Origin: Minisyncoccota bacterium
GTDB taxonomy: Bacteria; Patescibacteriota; Minisyncoccia; Phycocordibacterales; Phycocordibacteraceae
DNA length: 39,175 bases
Assembly (NCBI GenBank): GCA_041664865.1
Contig: JBAYJU010000002.1
Coordinates: 1 to 39,175, forward strand
Direction of reading: 5' to 3'
Positions 1 to 6,445 of this stretch are shown piece by piece. How positions within the stretch are numbered: the first letter of the stretch is position 1; each line of letters starts with the position of its first letter. Position numbers and translations under genes: made by a program. The notes beneath the pieces were generated by a model. That model had not been told where the DNA came from. It worked only from the letters and a program-made list of their open reading frames with translations, and made no database searches.

Positions 1-914
1 CCGAGCAGCGCGCGATTACCGAAGACGACGTCGGATTCATGATTGCGCCACGCGTAAATGCCGCGAGCCGAATGGGCGAGGCGCGCGATGCGTTCAAGCT
101 CTTCACCACAACCGATGAAGATGAGGCTGACGCACTCGCGAAGAAACTCGAGCGATCAAATCGCCAACGCAAAGCAGAAGCAGGCGCGATTACGCGTGCG
201 GTGCATACGCGATTGAAAGATCGCGAGATACGTAGCGTCATCGCGCTCGGTGATCCTGAGTGGCGACCAGCACTACTCGGTCTAGTGGCTGGAACGATTG
301 CAGACGAATACGAACGGCCGGTTTTCTTGTGGGGTAGGGAAGGCAACATGCGATTGAAAGGATCGATGCGGAGCGGCAGCACAGTTCACGCGCTCGAGCT
401 CATGCGCGCGACCATCGACACATTTGTTGATTTCGGAGGACACGCTGCGGCAGGCGGTTTCACCGTGCGTGATGATGCGGTTTTCTTCCTCGAAGACAAT
501 CTGGTCGCCGCACATGCACGACTCGATGCACCAATCACCGACGATTCACTTACTAAGAGAGCTGATGCGCTAGTTACAGTCGAAGAAGCTACGAGTGCAT
601 TCTTGAAGAAAGTCGAACGTCTCGCCCCTTTTGGTATGGAGAACCCAAAACCAGTGTTTTTACTGCGTGACGTTACAGTGCTAGAGGTTACACGCTTTGG
701 AAAAAGTAATGGACATTTGAAATTGAAGATCGGTTCACTAGAGAAAAATACAACCATCGACGCAGTCATTTTCTTCGTAAAAGGAGCGCTCGCGCGAACA
801 GTAGAGAGTCTCTCGAAGGGAAGTGGAGTTCATGTGCTCGCACACCTCGAGCGCGACACATTCGCTCGTGGCAACCCAGTGCGCCTGCGACTTCTCGATA
901 TCAAGATTGTGTAA
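1..914 (+). CDS. recJ: Single-stranded-DNA exonuclease RecJ, C-terminal part (5' end lies outside the window)
   Basis: The frame is open to the window edge. Codons from nt 3 read EQRAITEDDVGFMIAPRVNAASRMG, matching the RecJ GFxLAPRINAAGR motif. Stop TAA at 912-914. Confidence 0.8.
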   Translation, partial: EQRAITEDDVGFMIAPRVNAASRMGEARDAFKLFTTTDEDEADALAKKLERSNRQRKAEAGAITRAVHTRLKDREIRSVIALGDPEWRPALLGLVAGTIADEYERPVFLWGREGNMRLKGSMRSGSTVHALELMRATIDTFVDFGGHAAAGGFTVRDDAVFFLEDNLVAAHARLDAPITDDSLTKRADALVTVEEATSAFLKKVERLAPFGMENPKPVFLLRDVTVLEVTRFGKSNGHLKLKIGSLEKNTTIDAVIFFVKGALARTVESLSKGSGVHVLAHLERDTFARGNPVRLRLLDIKIV

Positions 915-925
915 TGCGGGTATGG

Positions 926-1020
926 CATGTTGGGACTTACGAAGTCCCATCATCGAAACCTTGCGATACTCTAGAGCTTGGCAAGAATCAAAATGTTAGG
1001 ACTTCGTAAGTCCCCACATG
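926..1020. repeat. Inverted pair of 28-nt units, each with a GGGACTT-ACG-AAGTCCC type hairpin (family 1), separated by 39 nt
   Basis: 926-953 matches the reverse complement of 993-1020 at 25 of 28 positions (hand check). Local hairpins lie at 931-949 (8-bp stem, loop ACG) and 999-1013 (6-bp stem, loop CGT). Confidence 0.85.
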
Positions 1021-1028
1021 AGTTCGTG

Positions 1029-1034
1029 TATACT
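1029..1034 (+). promoter_or_regulatory. -10-like TATACT, 6 nt upstream of the rnhA ATG (leaderless-type arrangement)
   Basis: TATACT at 1029-1034, spacer GCCACC, ATG at 1041. The same layout recurs at many starts in this window. Confidence 0.45.
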
Positions 1035-1040
1035 GCCACC

Positions 1041-1460
1041 ATGCATTTCACAATCCACGCCGATGGCGGCTCAAGAGGGAACCCGGGGCCGGCTGGCTCG
1101 GGTGCGATGATTCGCGACCATCTCGGCAATTCTGTCGCAAGCGTTTCGCAATTCCTAGGAACACGCACAAATAATTTTGCAGAATACGAAGCCGTTATTA
1201 TTGCCCTCGAGACACTGGCGAAACTCATAGGGGTGGAGAATGTGGGCACGACCGACGTGGCAGTGAAGATGGACAGTGAGCTAGTCGTGAAGCAGATGAA
1301 AGGCATCTACAAAGTGAAGCACCCAACAATGAAAGAGCAGTATGCGCGGCTCATGCACGCAGTCGCAGATTTCAAAAATGTTTCCTTCACGCATGTACCT
1401 CGCGCCGAAAACTCAGATGCCGACGCGCTCGCCAACGCCGCAATGGATAGGGGTGCATAA
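1041..1460 (+). CDS. rnhA: Ribonuclease H (RNase HI family)
   Basis: MHFTIHADGGSRGNPGPAGSG, then AEYEA, MDSELV and DADALAN give a DEDD catalytic pattern. The start at 1041 is preferred over 978 because residues 978-1040 are encoded by the palindromic repeat. Confidence 0.75.
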   Translation: MHFTIHADGGSRGNPGPAGSGAMIRDHLGNSVASVSQFLGTRTNNFAEYEAVIIALETLAKLIGVENVGTTDVAVKMDSELVVKQMKGIYKVKHPTMKEQYARLMHAVADFKNVSFTHVPRAENSDADALANAAMDRGA

Positions 1461-1479
1461 TCAGTGATATTATTTCCCC

Positions 1480-1890
1480 ATGGAGACTCCTGTGGTGAAA
1501 ATTGGGGTGAATGTATTTGTGATCAAAGATCATAAAATTCTGTTTGGAAAACGCATAGGCAAAGGTGACGGCACATGGTGCCTACCCGGCGGGCATTTCG
1601 AATTTGGAGAATCCTTGGCGGGTGCTGCTGCGCGCGAACTTGAAGAGGAAACCGGACTCAAGGCGAGCAACCTTGAATTCCTGCAACTCATCAATCAGCC
1701 ACTCGAGGATTGCCATTACGTGCACATAAATTTCTTGGCAAAAGAATGGATTGGGGAACCGATAGTGACGGAGCCAGACAAATTTGCAGAGTGGCGTTGG
1801 TTCAATTTGTCTGCACTTCCAGAAAAAATCTTCGGAGGGCATACACAATTTATTCCTGCCTTTCTACAGAAGGTGCATTTCATAGACTAA
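1480..1890 (+). CDS. NUDIX hydrolase
   Basis: Nudix box GGHFEFGESLAGAAARELEEETGL (GX5EX7REUXEEXGU). Confidence 0.85.
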   Translation: METPVVKIGVNVFVIKDHKILFGKRIGKGDGTWCLPGGHFEFGESLAGAAARELEEETGLKASNLEFLQLINQPLEDCHYVHINFLAKEWIGEPIVTEPDKFAEWRWFNLSALPEKIFGGHTQFIPAFLQKVHFID

Positions 1891-1904
1891 CCATCTAGCG
1901 TTTC

Positions 1905-1967
1905 ATGAACACACTCCTTGCCATCGTCTTGGGTTTCGCGAGTGACACATTTGTGCACACCCAATGA
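1905..1967 (+). pseudogene. Diverged remnant copy of the comEC 5' end (20 codons, then TGA)
   Basis: It encodes MNTLLAIVLGFASDTFVHTQ*, against the comEC start MDILVAIVGGFASGIFLR. The ungapped nucleotide alignment with 2482-2535 matches at 38 of 54 positions by hand, with a core GCCATCGTC...GGTTTCGCGAGTG. Confidence 0.6.
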
Positions 1968-2051
1968 TTGCTTTTATCAAAACTGTTGTGTATAGTATTT
2001 GAACAAACGGCTTCGGCCTGCCGCCCGCTCGAGAGAGCGGGCGGAGAACGT

Positions 2052-2447
2052 TTATATAGAAAAACTTGCTCTCACTACCGACTGCACGAGCTGGTTGAAC
2101 AGCTTCTCATCCATGGTGCAGATCTTATTCTTCAATCGCTTACGGTCAATGAAACGTACTTGCGAGAGCACTGCTACAGCATTTCGGTTTTCTATCTTTC
2201 CAACAGATAAATAATATATTCCCTGTTTCGGTTTGCCGGTAAGCGGCACTATAAGACACGCGTCGAGATTGAATTTCTTAAGAATGACTACTGGGCGCTC
2301 GAAATCCTTCTGACCGCCATCTTGCTCGAAACCAATATTTGCACCAAGAGCGCACCACCACACTTCGCGTTCATGAAACAATGCAGTGCCTTTTGTTTCG
2401 TTGATACGCTCTTTTTCTGAGTGCCACTTCCAGAAATCTTTTTTCAT
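2052..2447 (-). CDS. PemK/MazF-like toxin (orphan; no adjacent antitoxin ORF)
   Basis: 131 aa containing REVWWCALGANIGFEQDGGQKDFERPVVILKKFN ... LSQVRFIDRKRL. I recognise this pattern from PemK/MazF-family toxins with an N-terminal extension. The call is from memory and is not searched. Confidence 0.6.
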   Translation of the reverse strand: MKKDFWKWHSEKERINETKGTALFHEREVWWCALGANIGFEQDGGQKDFERPVVILKKFNLDACLIVPLTGKPKQGIYYLSVGKIENRNAVAVLSQVRFIDRKRLKNKICTMDEKLFNQLVQSVVRASFSI

Positions 2448-2455
2448 TTTTTAGC

Positions 2456-2474
2456 ATTGTAGCACTGCTACTAT
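2456..2474. promoter_or_regulatory. Back-to-back divergent extended -10 elements forming the palindrome GTAGCA-C-TGCTAC
   Basis: Plus strand: TGCTACTAT at 2466-2474, 7-nt spacer, comEC ATG at 2482. Minus strand: TGCTACAAT (plus-strand coordinates 2456-2464), 8-nt spacer, toxin ATG at 2447. Confidence 0.5.
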
Positions 2475-2481
2475 ATGCACA

Positions 2482-4017
2482 ATGGATATACTAGTCGCCA
2501 TCGTCGGAGGTTTCGCGAGTGGTATATTTCTCCGCTCGCTTTTTAATTTCGGGTGGTCGCCGATTGTGTTTGTAGTTTTGATTGCTGGAATTTTTGCTGG
2601 CGCAAGATTTTTTGCGGAGTCGCGCCGAGCGTACTCGCTCGGCGCGGTGTTCTGTATTTTCATCGCGCTCGGCATGATGCGCGCGATGATTGCTGATACT
2701 CCACTTCCCGCGGCATTTGCGGGTGATCTCAAACATCGAGTTTCGTATGAGGGTGTGGTTGTCTCCGACCCTGACGTGCGCGACTCGAACCAGCGTGTTG
2801 AAGTGCGCATTTCCCATGGCGATTGGACCGCCACAATGCTCGTAGTCGCTCCGCGCTCGCCTAGCGTAATGGTCGGCGACACTGTACGCGTGTCTGGCAC
2901 ACTCGCAGTACCAGAACCATTTACAGGCGACACTGGTCGAATATTTCGCTACGACAAATATCTGCAGCGCGATGATGTGCGCTTCATGCTCAATTACGCA
3001 TATCTGCGCGTAACGAAACCTGCGCCATGGTATTCGATTCCAGCAGCTCTTGCGCGCGTGAAGCACTCGTTCCTAAATGGTCTCAACGCGACTCTGCCAG
3101 AACCGTACAGCTCGCTCGCCGGTGGCGTGGTAATAGGAGGGAAGACAGGTCTCGGGAATGAACTCCAAGATGCGTTCGTCCGTAGTGGCCTAGTGCAGAT
3201 CATCGTGCTCTCTGGCTACAACATAATGGTCGTAGCTGAATGGATAATGGCGGCACTCGCGCTCACCCCATTATCGAGACGATGGGGCACTGTTTCTGGA
3301 GCGCTTGCGGTGTTCGCTTTCGTCGGCATCGCGGGCGCATCGTCTACTGCTATTCGGGCTATGCTCATGGCGTTCATCGCGCTCTATGCGCGCGCGACCG
3401 GTCGCACTTACGCAGCGGGTCGCGCACTTCTCGCCGTCGTATTTCTAATGCTCATTTGGAATCCGCTCTATCTCGTATTCGATCCTGGCTTCGGCCTCTC
3501 GGTCGTCGCAACTGCCGGGCTCATCTGGCTAGCTCCGATTATTGAAAGAATTTTGGACTTCGTAAGTCACTCATCAGATGAGGGACTTACGAAGTCCCTA
3601 CATGGGTTTTGGAAAAATGTAGTGGCGACTACATTTGCCGCGCAAATAGCAGTTCTACCACTTTTGCTTTATGACATGGGACTTTTCTCGATTGTTGCCA
3701 TACCGGCAAACATCATTGTTGCGCCACTAGTACCGCTAGCGATGGGACTATCTGCTATCGCAGGATTTGCAGGAATGATATTTGGCACACTCGCGCCAAC
3801 TATAGGGATTGCCCTCGCATTTCCTGCATATCTCGCAAATGCCGCACTCATCGCAATCGCGTGCGGGAGCGCGGCTCTCCCGTTCTCGGCTTTCACGCTT
3901 CCGCCATTTCCATTCTGGCTCGTGCTCGCCGCATACGCGGCACTCATTTATATAGCCGCTTCGAAACGCTTCTCGACTAAAGACCAGTTGATGTTGGCGA
4001 AGAACGCATCAATATAA
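2482..4017 (+). CDS. comEC: ComEC/Rec2-family DNA internalisation channel (membrane domains only)
   Basis: 511 aa and polytopic. It has an N-terminal OB-like region followed by the competence domain (VRSGLVQIIVLSGYNI, AAQIAVLPLL). No C-terminal metallo-beta-lactamase domain is present in this ORF. Confidence 0.8.
   Translation: MDILVAIVGGFASGIFLRSLFNFGWSPIVFVVLIAGIFAGARFFAESRRAYSLGAVFCIFIALGMMRAMIADTPLPAAFAGDLKHRVSYEGVVVSDPDVRDSNQRVEVRISHGDWTATMLVVAPRSPSVMVGDTVRVSGTLAVPEPFTGDTGRIFRYDKYLQRDDVRFMLNYAYLRVTKPAPWYSIPAALARVKHSFLNGLNATLPEPYSSLAGGVVIGGKTGLGNELQDAFVRSGLVQIIVLSGYNIMVVAEWIMAALALTPLSRRWGTVSGALAVFAFVGIAGASSTAIRAMLMAFIALYARATGRTYAAGRALLAVVFLMLIWNPLYLVFDPGFGLSVVATAGLIWLAPIIERILDFVSHSSDEGLTKSLHGFWKNVVATTFAAQIAVLPLLLYDMGLFSIVAIPANIIVAPLVPLAMGLSAIAGFAGMIFGTLAPTIGIALAFPAYLANAALIAIACGSAALPFSAFTLPPFPFWLVLAAYAALIYIAASKRFSTKDQLMLAKNASI
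3555..3597. repeat. Family-1 hairpin-doublet palindrome embedded in frame in comEC
   Basis: GGACTTCGTAAGTCACTCATC-A-GATGAGGGACTTACGAAGTCC is a 43-nt palindrome with one mismatch (3569/3583). It is translated as DFVSHSSDEGLTKS. Confidence 0.85.
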
Positions 4018-4538
4018 TTTTTCTTATCAGCCGGCATATAGTCGACCATGTATGCGTGCTCCCAGAGGTCAAGCACGAGTATTATCGGCAAACCTGCTAG
4101 ATGACCAACTTCATGATTTCCAACGAAAATCGTGTGCAAGGTATTCGAGTTTGAGTCAGCATAAACTACTACCCAACCTATACCACGACTTCCTGCGACT
4201 TCTTTTATATGATCAACAAGACCCTGTTCACCGTACTTTTCATCTGCAGCCGTGGCAAGTGCACTCTTGCCATTTAGAGCTACCGCTCCTACTTCAAACT
4301 GAGCGAAGTAGAGCTCGTGCATACGCATACCATCAAACTCAAAAGCAAATCTGCGGCGCAGTTCTGCAATAACGTAAGCATTACCATCAGAATCTGCTTC
4401 TTTGAGCTCCTGTATCTTCTCCATGATGAGATTCACTTGCTTCACATATCCTTCATACAAACCGAGATGCACATCGACCTGCTTGCCTGAGATACCTTCG
4501 AGAACAGGAAGCTCGAACATTTTCGTCGTGTATGTCAT
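3948..4538 (-). CDS. sod: Fe/Mn-family superoxide dismutase
   Basis: C-terminal DLWEHAYMVDY (DxWEHAYY motif) and a length of 196 aa. The 3' end overlaps the comEC 3' end convergently by 70 nt (3948-4017). Confidence 0.8.
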   Translation of the reverse strand: MTYTTKMFELPVLEGISGKQVDVHLGLYEGYVKQVNLIMEKIQELKEADSDGNAYVIAELRRRFAFEFDGMRMHELYFAQFEVGAVALNGKSALATAADEKYGEQGLVDHIKEVAGSRGIGWVVVYADSNSNTLHTIFVGNHEVGHLAGLPIILVLDLWEHAYMVDYMPADKKNYIDAFFANINWSLVEKRFEAAI

Positions 4539-4546
4539 ACAATAAA

Positions 4547-4987
4547 ATGTATCACATGCGTTTCTGGATTATATTCTTGTGCATACTCATCGCGGCAAAC
4601 ACGCTTATATACCGAGAGATACTCACGCCGAAATCTCTAGAAATGGCCGTGTTTGAAGTAGGGAAGAGCAGTGCGATACTTGTGCGCACACCTAGCGGCA
4701 AGACAATCCTTATCGACACCGGCGCAGACGCGAGCATCCTACGCGCACTCGGGACGGCCCTGCCAGAATGGCAACGAAGCATCAATGCAATTATCCTCAC
4801 GAGCGACAAAGCCGCCCAAACTGGCGGCCTGCAAAGCATCACAAACCGATACCACGTAGCGCACATACTGCGCTTCGGTTCTTCAGATCTGCCATATGGC
4901 ACAAAAATCACACTCGATGCAGACGCAACTATAGAAGTCCTCGCCCCAGAGAGGGTCAAAATCGACCAATTGCCCAGACTTAGATAA
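4547..4987 (+). CDS. Truncated, probably inactive ComEC-type metallo-beta-lactamase-like domain protein with an N-terminal TM helix
   Basis: AVFEVGKSSAILVRTPSGKTILIDTG ... AIILTSDKAAQTGG resembles the ComEC MBL region. The HxHxDH metal motif is replaced by TSDKAAQ. The start is uncertain (4532, 4547 or 4556); 4532 would overlap the sod start. Confidence 0.5.
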   Translation: MYHMRFWIIFLCILIAANTLIYREILTPKSLEMAVFEVGKSSAILVRTPSGKTILIDTGADASILRALGTALPEWQRSINAIILTSDKAAQTGGLQSITNRYHVAHILRFGSSDLPYGTKITLDADATIEVLAPERVKIDQLPRLR

Positions 4988-5222
4988 GCCCCGCCTTCGT
5001 TAGCGCCGAGAAAGCACCGTTCTTCTTGATAGTCTTGAGGCCCTTCATAGACACGTCGACGATGACGGTCTTCTCGAGCTCAGGGACGTAAATACGCCGC
5101 TTCTGTATGTTCGCCTTGCGACGTACCTTGCCGGTAGGGTTGAACTGCGTCGCGCGGACGCGGTTGCTGTACCTCCCGCCTACCTGCGTGCTCTTTCCAG
5201 TGATTTCACAAGTTCGTGCCAT
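4980..5222 (-). CDS. rpmB: 50S ribosomal protein L28
   Basis: MARTCEITGKSTQVGGRYSNRVRATQFNPTGKVRRKANIQKRR. The longer ORF in the track (to 5399) is antisense to the S2P gene. Confidence 0.85.
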   Translation of the reverse strand: MARTCEITGKSTQVGGRYSNRVRATQFNPTGKVRRKANIQKRRIYVPELEKTVIVDVSMKGLKTIKKNGAFSALTKAGLI

Positions 5223-5231
5223 AGTGAGAGC

Positions 5232-5241
5232 ATGGTACCAT
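5232..5241. promoter_or_regulatory. Palindromic ATGGTACCAT between the divergent rpmB and S2P genes (TGGTACCAT extended -10 on either strand)
   Basis: On the minus strand, TGGTACCAT is followed by a 9-nt spacer and the rpmB ATG at 5222. Confidence 0.4.
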
Positions 5242-5261
5242 AGACTACAAAACGAGCAACT

Positions 5262-5894
5262 ATGGCCACCATTCTTTCTTTCGTAATACTCATCTTCTCT
5301 ATTATCGTGCATGAGGTAGCGCATGGCTACGCAGCTGACTCCATGGGCGACCCGACGGCGCGTCTCAACGGCCGCCTCACACTCAACCCTATCCCCCATA
5401 TCGACCTAATGGGCTCGATTATTATCCCCGCACTTCTCGTGTTCACTGGTTCCTCGATACTCTTCGGCTGGGCGAAGCCCGTTCCATATAACCCGTACAA
5501 TCTCAGGAACAGCCGCTGGGGCGAGGCATTCGTCGCAATCGCAGGGTCGGCGACAAACCTCCTACTCGCAATCATCTTCGGACTTATCGTACGCTTCGGA
5601 TCGGCGACCCTGCCACCAGCCGCCATCTCGATTGCCGTGGGCATTACATTCATCAACCTATTCCTAGGCCTCTTCAATCTAATACCATTCCCTCCACTCG
5701 ATGGATTCACCGCACTCCGCAGCGCGCTCCCGTGGCACTTATCATCTGGATTGAGCCGTTTTGAGCAAAATGTTCGCACAGCCGGAGCGCTATCGCTGAT
5801 TCTTTTCCTCATCATCTTCTCATACGTATTCGTCGATCCGTTCTTCAATCTAGTCCTCTGGATATTCAGACTCATTACTGGCACCAGTGTGTAA
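5262..5894 (+). CDS. Site-2 protease family (M50) membrane zinc metalloprotease
   Basis: HEVAHGYAA (HExxH) and NLIPFPPLDG motifs. The protein is polytopic. Confidence 0.85.
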   Translation: MATILSFVILIFSIIVHEVAHGYAADSMGDPTARLNGRLTLNPIPHIDLMGSIIIPALLVFTGSSILFGWAKPVPYNPYNLRNSRWGEAFVAIAGSATNLLLAIIFGLIVRFGSATLPPAAISIAVGITFINLFLGLFNLIPFPPLDGFTALRSALPWHLSSGLSRFEQNVRTAGALSLILFLIIFSYVFVDPFFNLVLWIFRLITGTSV

Positions 5895-5915
5895 AACCCA
5901 TGCGTGCACTACTGC

Positions 5916-5986
5916 TATACCCCAGCACTCAATAATCATGTGAGACTCTGTTATTAATGCTCAGATTTGTTGAGTGCTGGGGTATA
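5916..5986. repeat. Perfect 17-bp inverted repeat (TATACCCCAGCACTCAA / TTGAGTGCTGGGGTATA) with a 37-nt loop
   Basis: Arms lie at 5916-5932 and 5970-5986. The right arm overlaps the TATACT at 5983-5988, which sits 8 nt upstream of the ATG at 5997. Confidence 0.8.
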
Positions 5987-5996
5987 CTAAAGTGGT

Positions 5997-6443
5997 ATGG
6001 AATACCAGGTGCCGCAATTCATTGAAGTCGAAGATAAAATCATCGGGCCATTGACCCTGAGACAGTTCATCTACCTATCAGGCACAAGTGGAATCTGCAT
6101 CATATTCTTCTCATATCTGCCATTGATATTCGCAATCCTGCTCTCATTACCAGTGGCTGGATTCGGAGCGGCGCTCGCATTCTATAAAATAAACGGCAAA
6201 CCATTTATTGAGATTGTCGAAGCTGGTTTTAACTATTACACAGGGAAAAAACTTCTGCTGTGGAAATACACAGAGCTTACCAAGACAGAAGGGCAGGCGG
6301 CTGCAAAAGCCGCAGCAATAGCAGATGCTGCCGCGCGCCCAGTGCGCGGTGCCCCCAAGCTCACACGAGGGAAGCTGTCCGAGCTTGCTTGGTCACTCGA
6401 TGTAAAGCCATCAGGCACTGTCACTACAAGAGCTGACTCATAA
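5997..6443 (+). CDS. PrgI-family (VirB3-like) T4SS membrane protein
   Basis: MEYQVPQFIEVEDKIIGPLTLRQFIYL followed by two TM helices is the typical PrgI-family N-terminus (recognised from memory). Confidence 0.6.
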   Translation: MEYQVPQFIEVEDKIIGPLTLRQFIYLSGTSGICIIFFSYLPLIFAILLSLPVAGFGAALAFYKINGKPFIEIVEAGFNYYTGKKLLLWKYTELTKTEGQAAAKAAAIADAAARPVRGAPKLTRGKLSELAWSLDVKPSGTVTTRADS

Positions 6444-6445
6444 CC

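Noticed and set aside
738-1040. ORF 738..953 (minus) and the 978 start of the rnhA ORF, giving the look-alike peptides MMGLRKSQH and MLGLRKSPH.
   Set aside because: The similarity is a by-product of the palindromic repeat being read on both strands. RNase H homology begins at the ATG at 1041, which also has the TATACT box at the usual distance.
1968-2214. Plus-strand ORFs 1968..2210 and 1999..2214, considered as a possible antitoxin for the PemK/MazF-like toxin.
   Set aside because: They overlap the toxin's 3' end antisense, one starts with TTG, and they show no antitoxin-like features. Only an antisense RNA remains as a speculative idea.
2451-3066. Long minus-strand ORFs (2451..2933 and 2491..3066). 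The same type occurs at 5327..5884, 15362..15751, 22516..23097, 24620..25213, 27566..28162 and 37720..38580.
   Set aside because: They lie antisense to, or out of frame with, genes that have clear conserved motifs. They are low-complexity, Ser/Arg/Ala-rich shadow ORFs with no motifs of their own.
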